Source: Octopus vulgaris (taxonomy: Eukaryota). From it: a stretch of DNA of 64,000 nt. This document shows positions 49,901 to 64,000 of the stretch, in pieces. Below the pieces are notes generated by a model. That model was not told where the DNA came from, ran no database searches, and saw only the letters and a list, made by a program, of their open reading frames with translations. Both the position numbers and the translations under genes were made by a program. How positions within the stretch are numbered: position 1 is the first letter of the stretch; every line of letters starts with the position of its first letter. The stretch spans positions 186,806,001 to 186,870,000 of the forward strand of contig OX597814.1 in assembly GCA_951406725.2 (NCBI GenBank). Direction: 5' to 3'.

Positions 49901-51322
49901 CTTCCAGAGAGCCTGAGAAACCTGCACCAAGTAGATGTAGGTGTTTTTAAATCAAGGCTGGACCTCTTCCTGTCAAGAGTCCCAGATGAACCTACCTCAC
50001 AGCAATAAGTGCAAATGAGAGTAGTTACATCAAACTCCTTTCTACACCTAGTGCCACATATTATGACTGGGTGTTGAGGCAGTTACTCAACAACTCAAAC
50101 GTGGATTTTGCAAAAGCTTTTGACAAAGTGGATCATGGTATGATATGCCACAAGCTGCATGATCTCGGCATAGCTGGAAAACTTGGAGAGTTGTTACATG
50201 ACTTTCTGAAAGATAGAAGTCAGGCAGCAGTGGCCACCTCAATGAAAATACAAATAGTGAGTGGTGTTCCACAGGGCACTGTCTTGGGACCACTGCTTTT
50301 CATAGTGGCCCTCTCAGATATGCCCTCAACTGCCCAGATAGCCATCCTTGCTAGCTACGCAGATGACACAAAAGTCTCACAGAAAATACAGAACCCCGGC
50401 AATGTTGCACATCTGCAGCAGGGGTTGGACTCAGTTTACGGATGGGCTGAGGATAATAATAATATGCAGTTTAATGCTAAAAAATTCCTAGCCTTATGCT
50501 ACCAGCATCCAAAACTTAATATGAAACTTACAGGGGACACTGGTCCTCAGGGAATTTCAATCCCAGACCCTAAATCAGTGAGGGACCTGGGTATTGACAT
50601 GAGTGATGATACCCCTTTCCAAGTGCACATTACCAGGATGGCAACAAAGTGCAGATGACTGGCTGGATGGAATCTGAGAACATTCAGAACCAGAGATAAG
50701 GAAACCATGATGGTCCTCTGGAAGACATTCGTCCTCAGCCGCCTGGATTAATGCCCACAGCTGTGGTCACCCAACAGTGTAAAATTAACAGCGGACCTTG
50801 AAGCAATTCAGTGAAACTTAACAAAGATCATCTCTTTGCAACAAATTAACTACTGGGAAAGGCTAAAACACCTAAGACTCTACTCCCTGGAGCGAAGGCG
50901 GGAGAGGTATGCAGTAATATACATCTGGAAGATCCTGGAAGGAATTGTGCCAAATTTTGGCATTGAAAGCTACACCAATGCCGGAACGTGTCGACACTGT
51001 ATAGTGCCAAAGATCCCAGCAATGCTATCGCACTTCAGGACAAGTTACTGCAAGAACTTGTGTTTCAGGGGCCCACAACTTTTTAATATTCTCCCAAAGA
51101 GACTGAGGAATCTCCACAAAGTAGATGTAGGTGTTTTTAAATCAAGGCTGGACCTCTCTTCCTGTCAAGCGTCCCAGATGAACCTACCTCACGGCAAGAG
51201 GGGCAAATGAGGGTAGCTACATCAAACTCCATTCTACACCAAGGAAGATCTCAGTAATAAAAGTGTAGTAAAACGTCGGTGCTCCAGCATGGCCACAGCT
51301 ATGAGCTGAAACTACAAAAAAT
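49901..51322 (+). mobile_element. CR1-like LINE copy with a permuted 3' segment at its 5' end
   Basis: DFAKAFDKVDH, SGVPQGTVLGPLLF, YADDTK, YWERLKHLRLYSLERRRER; 49901-50050 repeats 51091-51240. Confidence 0.92.
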
Positions 51323-51326
51323 ATAT

Positions 51327-51358
<32 letters not shown>

Positions 51359-52699
51359 ATCCTATCAAGTGGTGCTATTAATTTAGACCAATCTTTGGTC
51401 GAAACATATCTAAGCTTATATATATATATATACATACGTATATATTACAGACACACACACACACATATATATTTACACACAATTTACTCACCTATATATA
51501 CACATATACATACATACACACACACAATTTACGCGCGTATACATTCGCACAGATGCATATATAATCCCACACACGCGCACACATATGAGTGTGTGCGCGC
51601 ATGCATTAATCAGAGATTCGCTTCGCACTCGGGACCTGATTCAATCTGAGTAGCATAGAATCAGGTAGACTGACAGCAACTGTACGGAAGTCCGTCAGAT
51701 TGACTGTAAGTGTTCTTGGGTGGCAGACCTAATGTCCATGCCCAATTTCATATCACGACCTGACTCTTGTGTGCCTTCAACAGAGCCTACTGTTGAAAGC
51801 ACTAGGACCAGGTCTCTCGTTTGAAGATTAACTTGATATCTTGATGCATCACTTCCTACTACCGCAAATCCATGAGACGTGTTTTCTTCTCACCCTTCCC
51901 CTTATCAGACTTGAAATCTCTGTAAAGGTTATTGGAGCTATCCTTCTTCTGACTAAACCGCGCGCACACACACACACGTAACATATACATACACATGAAA
52001 ATATACATGTATACAAGTACACAAACACACGTGCGTACGTTTATGTTTATAAATAGACATTCACACATACGTAAATAATTGTGTGTGTGTGTGGTGGTAT
52101 TTTAGTCAGTTACTGTAATACATCGTCTATCTCTCGACTGTGCGTGTGTGCAGCTAAGTGTACGAAAACAATGATAATTTTTGATAGTGATATCACTAAA
52201 AGCTGCCACATATGATTAACGCCAGAGCACATTAACAACAGCAGTATCTGTATTGTACATGTTCGCAGCTACTGTAAACGACATAAAAAAGTGTTGTGGA
52301 GACACAGAGGGAGATAATGAGAGAGGAAAGGAGAAAGAAAAAGAGCAAATAATTCAGCACGTAACAGATGGAGAAAGAGAACGGTTGGAAAAACTGAGAT
52401 AGAGACAATTCATAAGCGGAGATAAAGAGAGTGACAATATAAAAAGAGAGAGAGAGAATATTAGCTACTAAGGAACACGGAGATAGCGAAAAGTAATGGT
52501 AGGGAGAGAGAGAGAGAAGGGGAGAATTACCACAGTTTCTTGGGGTGAATGTAACACACACACACATACGCGCGCGTTACAGATAGACAGATAGATATAT
52601 AGATGGATGTAGATGTATATATGGTATGAGAAAGAAATACAAGACAGTGTGAGGAGTTCATTATAATGGTGGGTATTAAATATAGCATTAATAAAAGAA

Positions 52700-53000
52700 A
52701 GTGAGAGAAGGTGAGAGGGAGATAAGTGACTGGCTGACAAGCCGGTTGGTCTGTCGGTAAGTCTGTGCGTCTGTTTGTCAGCCTGTCGGTCGAGAAGGCA
52801 GCATCGGTAGTGACTGCTGTAGCGAGCACCTCTCTCTCGCTCTTCCCCCTTACACAAAAGCCGATGTTGCCATCATGTCAGCAAGCAAATCAACAGTAGG
52901 AAAAGGAGCGCTGATAGTCATGCGCTTTGATTAAACATTACTCAGCTTGGCCGACTTGTACCGACGGCTTTTCCCTCCACCCTCTATACTCTCTGTATCT
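52700..53000. promoter_or_regulatory. Candidate promoter / first-exon region
   Basis: Non-repeat, relatively GC- and CpG-rich patch flanked by (GA)n and CT-rich tracts, inside a wider CpG-retaining zone. No transcript evidence. Confidence 0.35.
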
Positions 53001-55959
53001 CCCTTCTATTCTCTTCTTCTCTCATTAACTCTCACACACAAACACAGCTATACTTATATTCACACACATATATATATATATTGATATTCATACATACATA
53101 CAATCAATACTGACAAACTATACAGACGTACAGAGACACTAGAAATGTAGATATATAAGATTAAAATAAAATAACATAAAAACAGTCAAATATACCTCGA
53201 CTAGACATATAAACGCATACATACATATATATACATATGTGCGAAAATCAACTAGCTATGTATCTAGGTGCGCACGTATGTATGTGTGTGAGTGTGTGTA
53301 AATGGTTATATAAATATACAGAAACACACAAATACAAAGCTGGATATACATTAATATACTCACTCATAAGCACACGTACACATGTAAGCAAGTATAAATG
53401 TGAATACACCCACAACTGTTAAGCACAGAGACACTCAGACACAGACAAATACTGTTACAAACCTACACGCCGAAGGAGGAGACTAGCTTGGATCATATTC
53501 CTTAAACTCCCCCTCCGTCTTATACTCACTCTAACTGCTCCTCGCTCCCGTTTATCACACTCCTTTTCTCAACAATTGCTACTTTCCACTCCATTCATCG
53601 CCGTGTTTTTTTTTTTTACGTTTTCTGTGTATTTGTTTTTCAGTTTTTTTATGTACTTAATATTTACATCCTTCTGTCATTTCTTCTTTGCTTTATTCAA
53701 ACACTCCTTGATTTCTCACATATCATTTTTCAGTTTGGCTGCCCTCTCTCCATTCCTACCCTTCTCTCGTTTTGTCTCCTCCCTTTCCTCACCACCCCTG
53801 GACTTTCCCCACTATTGCATGTAATCTACGTTATTCATTGTCCTTCATTTAGCATTATAGTACGACTGATTCCTGATGTCACTGTACGTATGGTTAACGA
53901 CACCATGTGTTGTGTCAATGAGCGCGGGTCGCATACAGCCGTGTGTATATGTATCTATCCTGTATGAGTTTTCTTTTTGCATGTGTAAGTGTATTTTGCG
54001 GCTGTGATTAAGTGAGCATATGGTGTATATGGATGATTACAGTTTGAGTGTGCGCATATATTATCGAAATATACAGTTAGATGTAACCTATGCGGTCGCA
54101 ATATTATGAGAATTGTGTGTGTGTGTATAGACAGATATAGATAGATAGATAGACACACGCAGAGCCACGTTATCAAATGGGGGTATATCTACTGTTGAAT
54201 TGCACACAGAATATCAAATTGATGAGTGAAGATGTCGTAATCTGTCGATACAATTAACCGAGTTCATATATGATGTTGAATCATGGATGTTATGTGTAAT
54301 ATCAGGTGTGTCTATGTGATATGTCTATTGTCTGCAAAATGCGTACTACTTTATTATGTTGATGTTTAATTTATCGTGTTATAAATACATAAAAATTCTT
54401 CGTGTTTTTATAGTTAAATGGACTTTATTTTGACATCGGGAGCTTAGGAGGCAAATGGCCTTCCTGGGAGGTCAAAGAACTTATAAACAGAAAAACACTT
54501 GCACAATAGATTTGCTATTTGCTCAGAGACATCTCTCATAAACATAACAGATACTGACTTCCAATAAACTAAAGTAGCCTTTCAGATTAAAGGTCGAAAT
54601 ATTTTTATCCGTAAGTGGGGGAAATGGGTAGTTTGACGTGGAATGCCGAGAGGAATTAAACACGTGGTAAATGGTTTGTAAGTGAAAAGGGTGGGACAAA
54701 CATTCCCTATATATATTGGGAAATTAGAAAGTTATCTCGTGACAGAAGGTAATTTATTACATTCTAAGAAAAGGAGCTTGAGTACTGCCTTTTGAACTTC
54801 CAAGAAAGAATCAATTGGAATATCCATTTTGATAATCTATATTTTACGCTGGAGTGAAGAGACGTGAATAATGTTCTAAATGATAAATATGAGAGGAAAA
54901 TACGAAGGCCTGAGAGAGGATATGGTTTCAAAATATATCAAATGTTTGATTGTAAACATGCTGTGATTTCAAATAATGTAACTAAATATATAGCGATATA
55001 GAAGAGTCAATCAGAAATATAGTGATGTAGAAGAGTTAATCAAGAATATATATATTCCATGTTCAAATTGGGGGAGATTTATGTTATGATAAACTCGTGT
55101 TACTTCAGTTTTAATTTGATTCAATACCTACAGATACCATCGTGGTTACCAAAATTCCTACCGGTTTCTCTCTTTTTTCATTGCAGCATAGATTAAATGG
55201 ATATTTTATTTAGCAAATGTCCTATAGGATATTAGTTATCTATAAAATCATAAAAGCTTTCTTTCAGAATAAAATCATTAGTTTAATTTATAGGAACTCT
55301 TTACAACGGGTCTTTGACAGAACTTAAAAACTCACAGCTTTTATAACATCAATCAGTGAGTGGACAATTCTGAAACTTATATACAATAAAAAATCTATGC
55401 AGTCGTTCACTTTGTGAGAAACAGTTGCTAAATCTCCCTCAAATCAGACTTACATATTGGATAATGTACTCCTAGATACATACATGCAAAAAGAAAAAGA
55501 TGGGACAATCACAGCTGACATTGATTAAAGGTCTGCATGATAAGATCTATGTTCGACAAAGAATAAATTTACATTACCAAATACAGGTTAAACTTTTTAA
55601 GCTATCTCTTCATCTCTTTGTCGACTGCAATAGAAATGTAATTGATATACTGTAAAATCAATTGCAATCAATGGTTTAGACATTATATCCAAATTAGTGA
55701 CTGGTATTCACAAGTCCCTAAAATGGAATCACAAACAAGATAGAAGAAAAGAGTGATCAGTTCTGCAAAATAAAACAGTAATCTGCAAAGCCATTTTAGT
55801 AATTACAGTACAGTTTCAAAAAAAAAAAAGACAGGTATTATATTCCAAGAAGCAACACCAAAAATGAAGAAAAAATACACTATTGATATAAATAAACTAA
55901 TAGCATTGAGTATTAGCAAATTTATACCTAACTTTCACCACAAAACAGTAGCAAAGCAC

Positions 55960-57552
55960 ATCATAATCATCATCGTTTAGCGTCCGTTTTCCATGCTAGC
56001 ATGGGTTGGACGGTTCAACTGGGGTCTGGGAAGCCAGAAGGCTGCACCAGGCCCAGTCTGATCTGGCAATGTTTCTACGGCCGGATGCCCTTCCTAACGC
56101 CAACCACTCCGTGAGTGTAGTGGGTGCTTTTACGTGCCAGACGAGGCTGGCAAACGGCCACGATTGGATGGTGCATTTTACGTGCCACCGGCACGAGGCC
56201 AGTCGGGGCGGCACTGGCAACGGCCACGTTCGGATGGCTCTTTTACGTACCACCGGCACTGGTATCACAGCTGCAATTTCCATTGATGTTGATTTCGATT
56301 CTCACTTGCCTCAACAGGTCTTCACAAGTAGAGTTTTGTGTCCCAAGAAGGAAAGGTATGCATAAGTGGACTGGCTACATCCCAGGTAGAGGCCACGGGT
56401 TATGGTCTCACTTGTCCTGCTGGGTCTTCTCATGCACAGCATACTTCCAAAGGTCTTGGTCTCTAGTTATTTCCTCGGTGAGACCTAAAGTTCGAAGGTC
56501 GTGCTTCACCACCTCGTCCCAGGTTTTCCTGGGTCTGCCTCTTCCACAGGTTCCCTCAACCGCTAGGGTGTGGCACTTTTTCACACAATTATCTTCATCC
56601 ATTCTCGCCACATGACCATACCAGTGCAAACGTCTCTCTTGCACACCACAACTGATGCTTCTTAGGTCCAACTTTTCTCTCAAGGTATTTACACTCTGTC
56701 GAGTATGAACACTGACAGTACACATCCATCGGAGCATACTGGCTTTCTTGTGAGCTTACGCATATCCTCAGCAGTCACGGCCCATGTTTCACTGCCATGT
56801 AGCATGGCTGTTTGTACACATGCGTCATACAGTCTGCCTTTTACTCTGAGCGAGAGGCTTTTTGTCACCAGCAGAGGTAAGAGCTCTCTGAACTTTGCCC
56901 ATGCTATTCTTACACTAGTAGTTACACTTTCAGCACACCCGCCCCCGCTACTGACTTGGTAACCTAGGTAACGGAAGCTATCAACTATTTCTAGTTTTTC
57001 TCCCTGGAATGTGGCGGAAGTTAGTTTCAGAGCATTTTCAGTGTTTATTGCTCCTGAGCATCGGCCACATACAAAAACTATCTTCCTAGTTAGCCTTCCT
57101 TTGACATTGCTGCACCTCTTATGTGTCCATAGCTTACACTTGGTGCATCTTATAGAGTTTCTACCTATGGCTTTTCTACAGATCTAGCAAGGCCATCTAC
57201 CTGAAGGCGTTTGTGATTTGTCTACCTTCCTACTTATTAGGACTTTGGTTTTAGCTAGGTTGACTCTAAGGCTCTTTGATTCTAATCCTTGCTTCCACAC
57301 CTGAAACTTCTCCAGTTCTGATAGTGACTCAGCAATTAGAGCAAGGTCATCAGCATAGAGGAGCTCCCAGAGGCATCCCGTCTTGAATTCCTCCGTTATT
57401 ACCTGGTGGACTATGATAAATAGGAGAGGGCTGAGGACTGAACCTTGGTGGACCCCTACCTCTACCCGGAATTCTTCACTGTACTCATTGCCAACCCTCA
57501 CCTTACTAGCAGTGTCCCTGTACATGGCTCGCACAGCTCTCACTAACCATTC
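55960..57552 (-). mobile_element. RTE-clade LINE, 5'-truncated, complete 3' end
   Basis: GVHQGSVLSPLLF, LYADDLAL, WYGHVARMDEDNCVKKC..GRGRPRKTW; 3' repeat array and (GAT)n tail at about 55960-55975. Confidence 0.93.
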
Positions 57553-57682
57553 ACAATATAGAATAATTTGCAGTATCAACATATCTAACATTAGACAAAC
57601 CTAAGTGCATGCTATAATAAAATTTCAAATAAGCTGAAGGAAGAATATCAGCAAGATCATTCAACCGATGACCATCACCCGA

Positions 57683-57810
57683 AACTGGTGCTTTACTTAT
57701 CAACCCCCGAGGAATGAAAGACAAAACTGATCTCAGCAGGATTTGAACTCAGAACACAAGAAACCAAACTAAATAATGTAAAGGCATTTTGTTTAATGCT
57801 TTAATGACTA
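57683..57810 (-). mobile_element. SINE family A fragment
   Basis: ACTGGTGCTTTACTTATCAACCCCCGAGGAATGAAAG..GGATTTGAACTCAG parallels 51-119. Confidence 0.65.
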
Positions 57811-60800
57811 CCAAAGTGTTGCTTATAGTGTTAACAAGTATGTCAAACAAAATATCTATACATCAATAACAAACATTCTCATCACACACATCTGTATCAT
57901 TAACCTTTCTACAAACCACTAAATTAATTTATGTTAGACATTTTTTACGAGAAAAACACTAAGTATAATGCATTTTTCAGCTCTAACAGTTATCAGCAAA
58001 ATTTTCAACTCATTAAAAAATACTTATAATATTATTATAAAATAATATAAACAATGGCTGTCTAATTTTCCAAAATACTGGCTTTTATATTTTATTTCAA
58101 AAAAAAAAAATCTCCTGAAACTGTTTCCCAAATATATATGCTCAAAGATTACTGATTCTGTTCAACTTCTGCATATACATCCAGATTTCACACTCTTTCT
58201 ACACTGCATTCCAATCACATTACACATCAATTTGAATCAAGTATTCATAATCTGGAATTCTAGTACTATCTGAACAGATTAACTAATTACAAAACAAATT
58301 CAAAAGTATAGACCTCACCAGACTGGGAGGACAGTAAGAACAGCAGGTACAGCCATCTCTTCCAGGAATTAAATAATTACAAACAAGAATTCACTAATCC
58401 ATACTATACATCATGCTAAAAAAATGATAGCATCTTGCACAAATAAAAAAAAAATAAAAAAACACTACTACATCAATATCATTTACATAATAAACTGAAC
58501 ATATAACCAAAGCACAAAAATTACAAACATTTACTACCACAGTATTTGACCAATTTAAGAAAAATATAACAGCAGTTCGCAAATATTTCATTATGGATTA
58601 GATCAATCCTACTTGAGCACCTAACTAGTGTTCGTAACTGAGTTCTGCCATGAATCATAACATACAAACCATTCAAAATAGCATTTAGATATGTGCATAA
58701 AGTATACCAAGTACACAGACACCAAATACTCAAATTGGAAAGCCACCATGACTTATATTCTGTCTCCAAATATGTAACTTGCAAATACCAAAATTATTAC
58801 ACTGGAATATTCTTTACTGCCACACTCTCCTAAATTCTTTGTCTCTCCTATCTGATTCAAACACAAAATTTCCTTCTTGGATGCAGATGGTTTGTAATGG
58901 TTGGAGAAATACAAGGAAAGCATACTCCATTGGATGTATAATATTTGTAAGCTTGAATGACAGAGTACAACTGAGCAGAGAGAAAAACTTGGTTTAAGAA
59001 GTGTGTATGCTGGACTGGCATGTGTTGTGTTGCTATCAATAAAATGCACCTAGAATTTTCTATGAAGTGGTTGGTGATAACAATATGTGATCTCCAGCTT
59101 ATCAAAGAAAGCAGTAACTCCAATTAAGATTTGATCCATGATGATTCATTCAACCCGTACCAACATGGAAAAGCAAACATATGATGATGATGATAATTTG
59201 ATATTCTTCTCGGATTGACAACCACTTAAGAATAACTCTCAAATAACTTTGTTAAATACATATTAATAGTGGACCATCCTGAAATTACCATCAAGACCCT
59301 TACTTATATGAAAATAGGTGTACGTCCCAAAAGAGAATAAAGGATGGTGCTAGATTAGCAGTTCAGTATATTAAACAAATTACTTCAATAGGTTACTAAC
59401 TGCACAAACAGAACCCTCATATTTCCTATAAATGTCCTTGTCAGCAATGAGCCTTCTCTCTCTCGCTCTTGTAAAATACATACTCCCAACATAATACTGC
59501 CAAAACTACATTACAAACTAAACTTCCACTTCAGAACCAAAACATTCTACAAGGTTCAAGTGGGACACAACGGAGTACTGCTCCCATGTTTGGGTGGTAA
59601 TGCTGCTAAAAACCTTTATGGCTAAACAAAATCACAAACATATAACTAAAACACCTAAGGCCTGAAAATATCCTTTCACTCAACAACATACTAATACTGC
59701 CAATATCCCAGAATGGTGCACAGAATCATAATTCTAAAACCCCAAAATTCTATAATGACTAATTTTTGACACCTCTGACCTACACATCTTCCTTTGCAAA
59801 TGACAACATGGATTCAGATAACAACACTTAACTTCACACTACTCACAAATCTAGCTCAAAATACATGATAGCTTTAATATAGAAATTATACAACTCCTCT
59901 GCAACATTCTCAGTATACATAGTAAAGAAAGTAAAGCAATGCATAAATATACTAAGAGCAATTAGAGGTACTAGGTTTGACCAACAGAAAGAAACAATAA
60001 CAGTTGCATAAAAAAAAAATACAGATCCATCATGAATTATGCTAATCCTTTGCTGACTGTATCCTGGTTTAGAATAGATATACCACATTATCGCATGTTG
60101 TAAGAGGTGGTTAAAAGGGTTTGCAATAGGTAGGGCATCTAGCTGGAAAACACTGCTTCAGAAAACCATCCAAATTTATGCCAGTATAGAAGAACAGGCA
60201 TAAAATACTACTGCTGCTGCTGATAGATTGTGCTGTTCCTATCTGGATTCCCATTCTTTCCACAATAAGCTACAATAAATATAAACAAAACAGAGCACTA
60301 CATATCATATCAGTCTGTACACAGACCACATCCACAAACCACCAATACAGTGAAACAAAAATATTAAAACTGAAAGATCACCTGGACATCAAAGGTTATA
60401 ATTTGTTACTGCAGTCACTATTTGAAAAAACACTCACAAACACTCTGAGCACTACTAAAACAACATTCTAAAACCCCTTTCTCTCCCACTAACCCCAAAC
60501 ATAAATTAACAGGGTTCAAACACTGTATTGGGATGCTAACAACCAATAGTACATGTAGAAGAACAGCAACTGTCATGTTCTGACTGAATCTACTGCTGTA
60601 GCCATCAGCAGTATTTATGGGTACATGTGAAGATAATGAAGAGAGTGTAATATGCTCAGGTTATCATGCTGCACCTCATACAGTTCATTACTTAATGTGT
60701 TGTATGCTGATTAACTACACTGAGACATAGTCTAACTATAAAAATGGATTTACACCTCATCGTTTGTCCATCAACCTGTATGTTATAAAACTGCTCAATC

Positions 60801-63800
60801 AGGGATGGCCTAGGTCTGCACAAGGACAACACAGACATCGTAGACTGCATCCAAAGAAAGGTCACTCAAATGATTCGTGAATTTCTCACCAATGCCCTCT
60901 CTTTGCCTAACCAGTGATCAGAACTGGTTAGTCTTGTGCCACTTCCAATTCACATGTTTCTTCTTCTCTCATAATTCATGGTGTTAATCTCCCAGGCCTT
61001 GCACTAACAACTATACTCAGTTCTTCTTATTCTGAATTTTCCCACCTCCATATTTTTTTTCAAGACCTCTCATCTCACAACTATTCAAGTGGAATGTTAA
61101 TTGGGTCAGTCTGACTGGTTTCAGAGAGGGCTGTAAAGGACATAAACACAGCCCCTTTTCCAGACCTAATCAATAATTAAAAAATAAAATTAAAAATAAA
61201 ATGATCATGTTTCTTGTAGATACTTACTTATTTATCCTTTCCATTTCAAACTGGAAATCAACAACACAAATCCTCACTGGTCTGGAGTGCCTGCCAAAGT
61301 CATAGCACTGCCCTTCTCCTTTGAGTACTGTAAGTTTCCACCCACCCTGCTATATGCAGAGCTACTAACAAATAGTAACAGGTTTATCAGTTTAGGTATA
61401 ACATTTAAAAGAAGATATAAGCTCATAATTTTTCAATCTGATCCTTAGAGGCAATATTTGTGTCAATATTTATACATTTATGATGTTTCAATCAATTTGA
61501 TTTCAAATCATCACAAACTGTATTATATATATGACTCGGTGATTAAAAACATAACCTCTTTAGTTTGAATCCAGTTTAATACTATGCACACATACAGAAC
61601 TAAGACATCTGGTGATAATCAGTGATGAAGCCAATTAAAACAATGTAAAATGTAAAGATGAAGTTAATAGCCTGAAAAATTATAATCTTATTAAGAATAA
61701 CTCATTTCAGTCATTTAGACATTTATCATATTACATTAATAACGGTGAAAGTGCTGGACAATAGATTCACTAAATGCCTTAATACCAGCAAACCATCTGT
61801 AATAATTTCATCAACAGAATCATTTTAACATCTGTATTTCCATGTTGGCATGGTTAGCTCATAAATAAATTTATGTAATGTACAAATGCCCCAATACATA
61901 CTCAATGAACATTTCAAAATTAACAAAGATCTTCAAAATACAATAAACTTACACATTTATCCAAAGTATTTCACCACACAAACCATGCCAACAAGCTAAC
62001 TTGTTTGCATAGGTTCTTAAATAATAAATACTGAGGTATATATAATCTTTCATGTTACATAGTTAATAAATTATTTACAAATTTTCCCCTCCTTCTGCAT
62101 GTTAGACTTTGTTTCCTTGTCTACCACATGACAACCCACAACTCTATCTTCTATCTTTTCAATATATACAATACTTCCTACTTTTATTTTATTGCTTGCC
62201 AAATGCCAAAGATATAATTTTCAATGCTTGTTATGTCCAATTCGGTAGCTATGTCATATCTCATTGTCAGTTTACTTGACTGTTTCTCAGATGATTTATA
62301 AAACTACTGCCTCTCTTCTTACCATAGTTATCCTTAACTAAATCTTATTTCATTGTGTACAAAAGAGATTTTCTACCAACAATTTTTATAACAATTTTGT
62401 TCCCTTTTTTTTTTTTCATGTTCTGTAACATTTAACAGAATATCCAATCTAGACAAAGCAAACTAACTCTCCATTACCATGCATTTATAAACACTATGTT
62501 TTCTTTTTACTATCTTGAAGAAGTGATGCTGAAGGCTTTTCCTTCTCAGAAATAACTATTATCTTTTTAGTGATAACAAAATTTCTTTCTTGCTCAGTAA
62601 TACTGACAGATAATCTCTAAGTTCTGTCTGAACTAACATTTCGTTTACAAAACATTCTACTTCATTACATAAGATTAGAAACCACACACTCTTCTGGTAA
62701 ATGCACAGAAAGACCTTTCCAAATATGAAGAACTAAATTTGAGTTGGTTGATAGGATTCTAACTTGCTAAAAGAAGGATGTTATATTTAATATTCAACCA
62801 CTGATGCTCTCTGCTTTGTCCCCCATGGAAGTTGTAAATAGGTTTTGTTAGAAGATATATTCACTACTGTATATAAAAGAGGGATATGAACCTGTCTCTT
62901 TATAAAAGAAAATTCATAAACTCATCAGAAGAAAAACATTGGAAACCTATTTGGAAACTGTCTTTTTTTTTAGAGATGAGAGGCTTTTCAATGCCAAGTA
63001 ATTCAACAATGGAAGAAAAGTGTTCAAATTCACCTTTCACAAAATATTAATAAAGTTCAAATGTGATTTGATTGTCTGTCAATACAACTTGCTAACTACT
63101 TTCTTAATTTTACATAACCTGTGTAAAAAAAATATGCTGCTTTATAAATCTGTTTCTTCTTTAGTAACTTATGTAACTAAGCTATAATTTAATAACTAGT
63201 ATAATTGTATGATTTCATGTTTGTTAAGGTGGATTTTTCCTGTAATTACTTTATGGTAAATATATTATATCCCTTTTCTTCTGTGTATCGAACACTGAAG
63301 GTGAATTAAAAGTCTTAAGTCAGGCTTCACACTAAAGTTGCAAAAACTTCGATGACATTCATAAGCACCTTTTTTGTAAGAATTTAATAATTGATGAAAT
63401 GACTTCTCCAAATGTTATATTTGACATCTGTCTCTGTTGTCATAATCTGATTTGAAAAGTATTTTTGACCAATAACTGAAAATGTTAATTGATTTTAGTT
63501 TGTTTATTTTACTAAATATAAGATTACATGCCACTGATATAGCCATAATAGCAGTCAAAAATAGTATTTGTTTGAAGAAAGACATCTAGGTATCATTAGT
63601 TCATTAAAGTATTCTTTTTTTTTTTTCAGGTAATCTTAATGGGTGAACAAGGAAAGCTGAAAATATAATTTTGGTGTTGTATTTGCTAAGCAAATATTGT
63701 AGGTTCACAACTTATTATGCAACTTGTATTTCCAGCAGCTTGGTTTTATGGCCATATTTAAATTAGATGTGTATTTATACGTTTTCTGATAGAAAGCAGC

Positions 63801-64000
63801 ATTAGCAAGATATCTACAGTTTTAAAATCTCAATACAACAAAAAGAAATTCCATACCATAATCTACTGAAGCAGATCAGGACCAGAACAGAAAGGGAGGG
63901 GGGAACAAAAGACAAAGAAAGAGAGCATGTGGATATATGTAATCCATTACTGTATATTTAAGAAATAGTACAATTTTCAATAATTAAGGACCTTTACTTT

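Noticed and set aside
50071-51210. Active reverse transcriptase gene
   Set aside because: 5'-truncated, with in-frame stops between the ORFs and no endonuclease domain.
51859-52068. ORF ending SQKKDSSNNLYRDFKSDKGKGEKKTRLMDLR as a host exon
   Set aside because: Starts inside a (GT)n repeat, has no convincing acceptor and no recognisable homology.
57664-57695. CCGATGA...GAAAC hammerhead-like match
   Set aside because: No stem II pairing, no stem III or stem I, and the 3' part belongs to a SINE.
63612-63670. Splice-acceptor-like (T)nCAG at about 63629 (also about 55186)
   Set aside because: No convincing open frame and donor could be paired with it; poly-T tracts are common here.

Overview
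AT-rich eukaryotic (animal) non-coding DNA. The SINE, LINE and microsatellite repertoire looks like a coleoid cephalopod (Octopus-like); this is inferred from repeat recognition, not from a search. I could not support any intact protein-coding gene. The long ORFs are microsatellite artefacts or decayed transposons: RTE-clade and CR1-like LINEs, mariner, hAT and piggyBac-type DNA elements, tRNA-type SINEs and a Penelope-like GIY-YIG fragment. The most interesting signal is RNA structure. At least four clear and several degenerate type I hammerhead ribozyme motifs occur, mostly in Penelope-type fold-back inserts between (TA)n tracts (7.8-8.5 kb, 16.4-18.6 kb). One lies in a self-complementary 354-bp unit with 78-bp terminal redundancy (21.25-21.68 kb) that resembles a retrozyme/circular-RNA retrocopy. 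Also present are a 67-bp hairpin-plus-pseudoknot repeat from an RTE 3' region and a CpG-retaining, promoter-like zone at about 51.5-55.2 kb. Everything was read by eye; no folding, alignment or database search was run.
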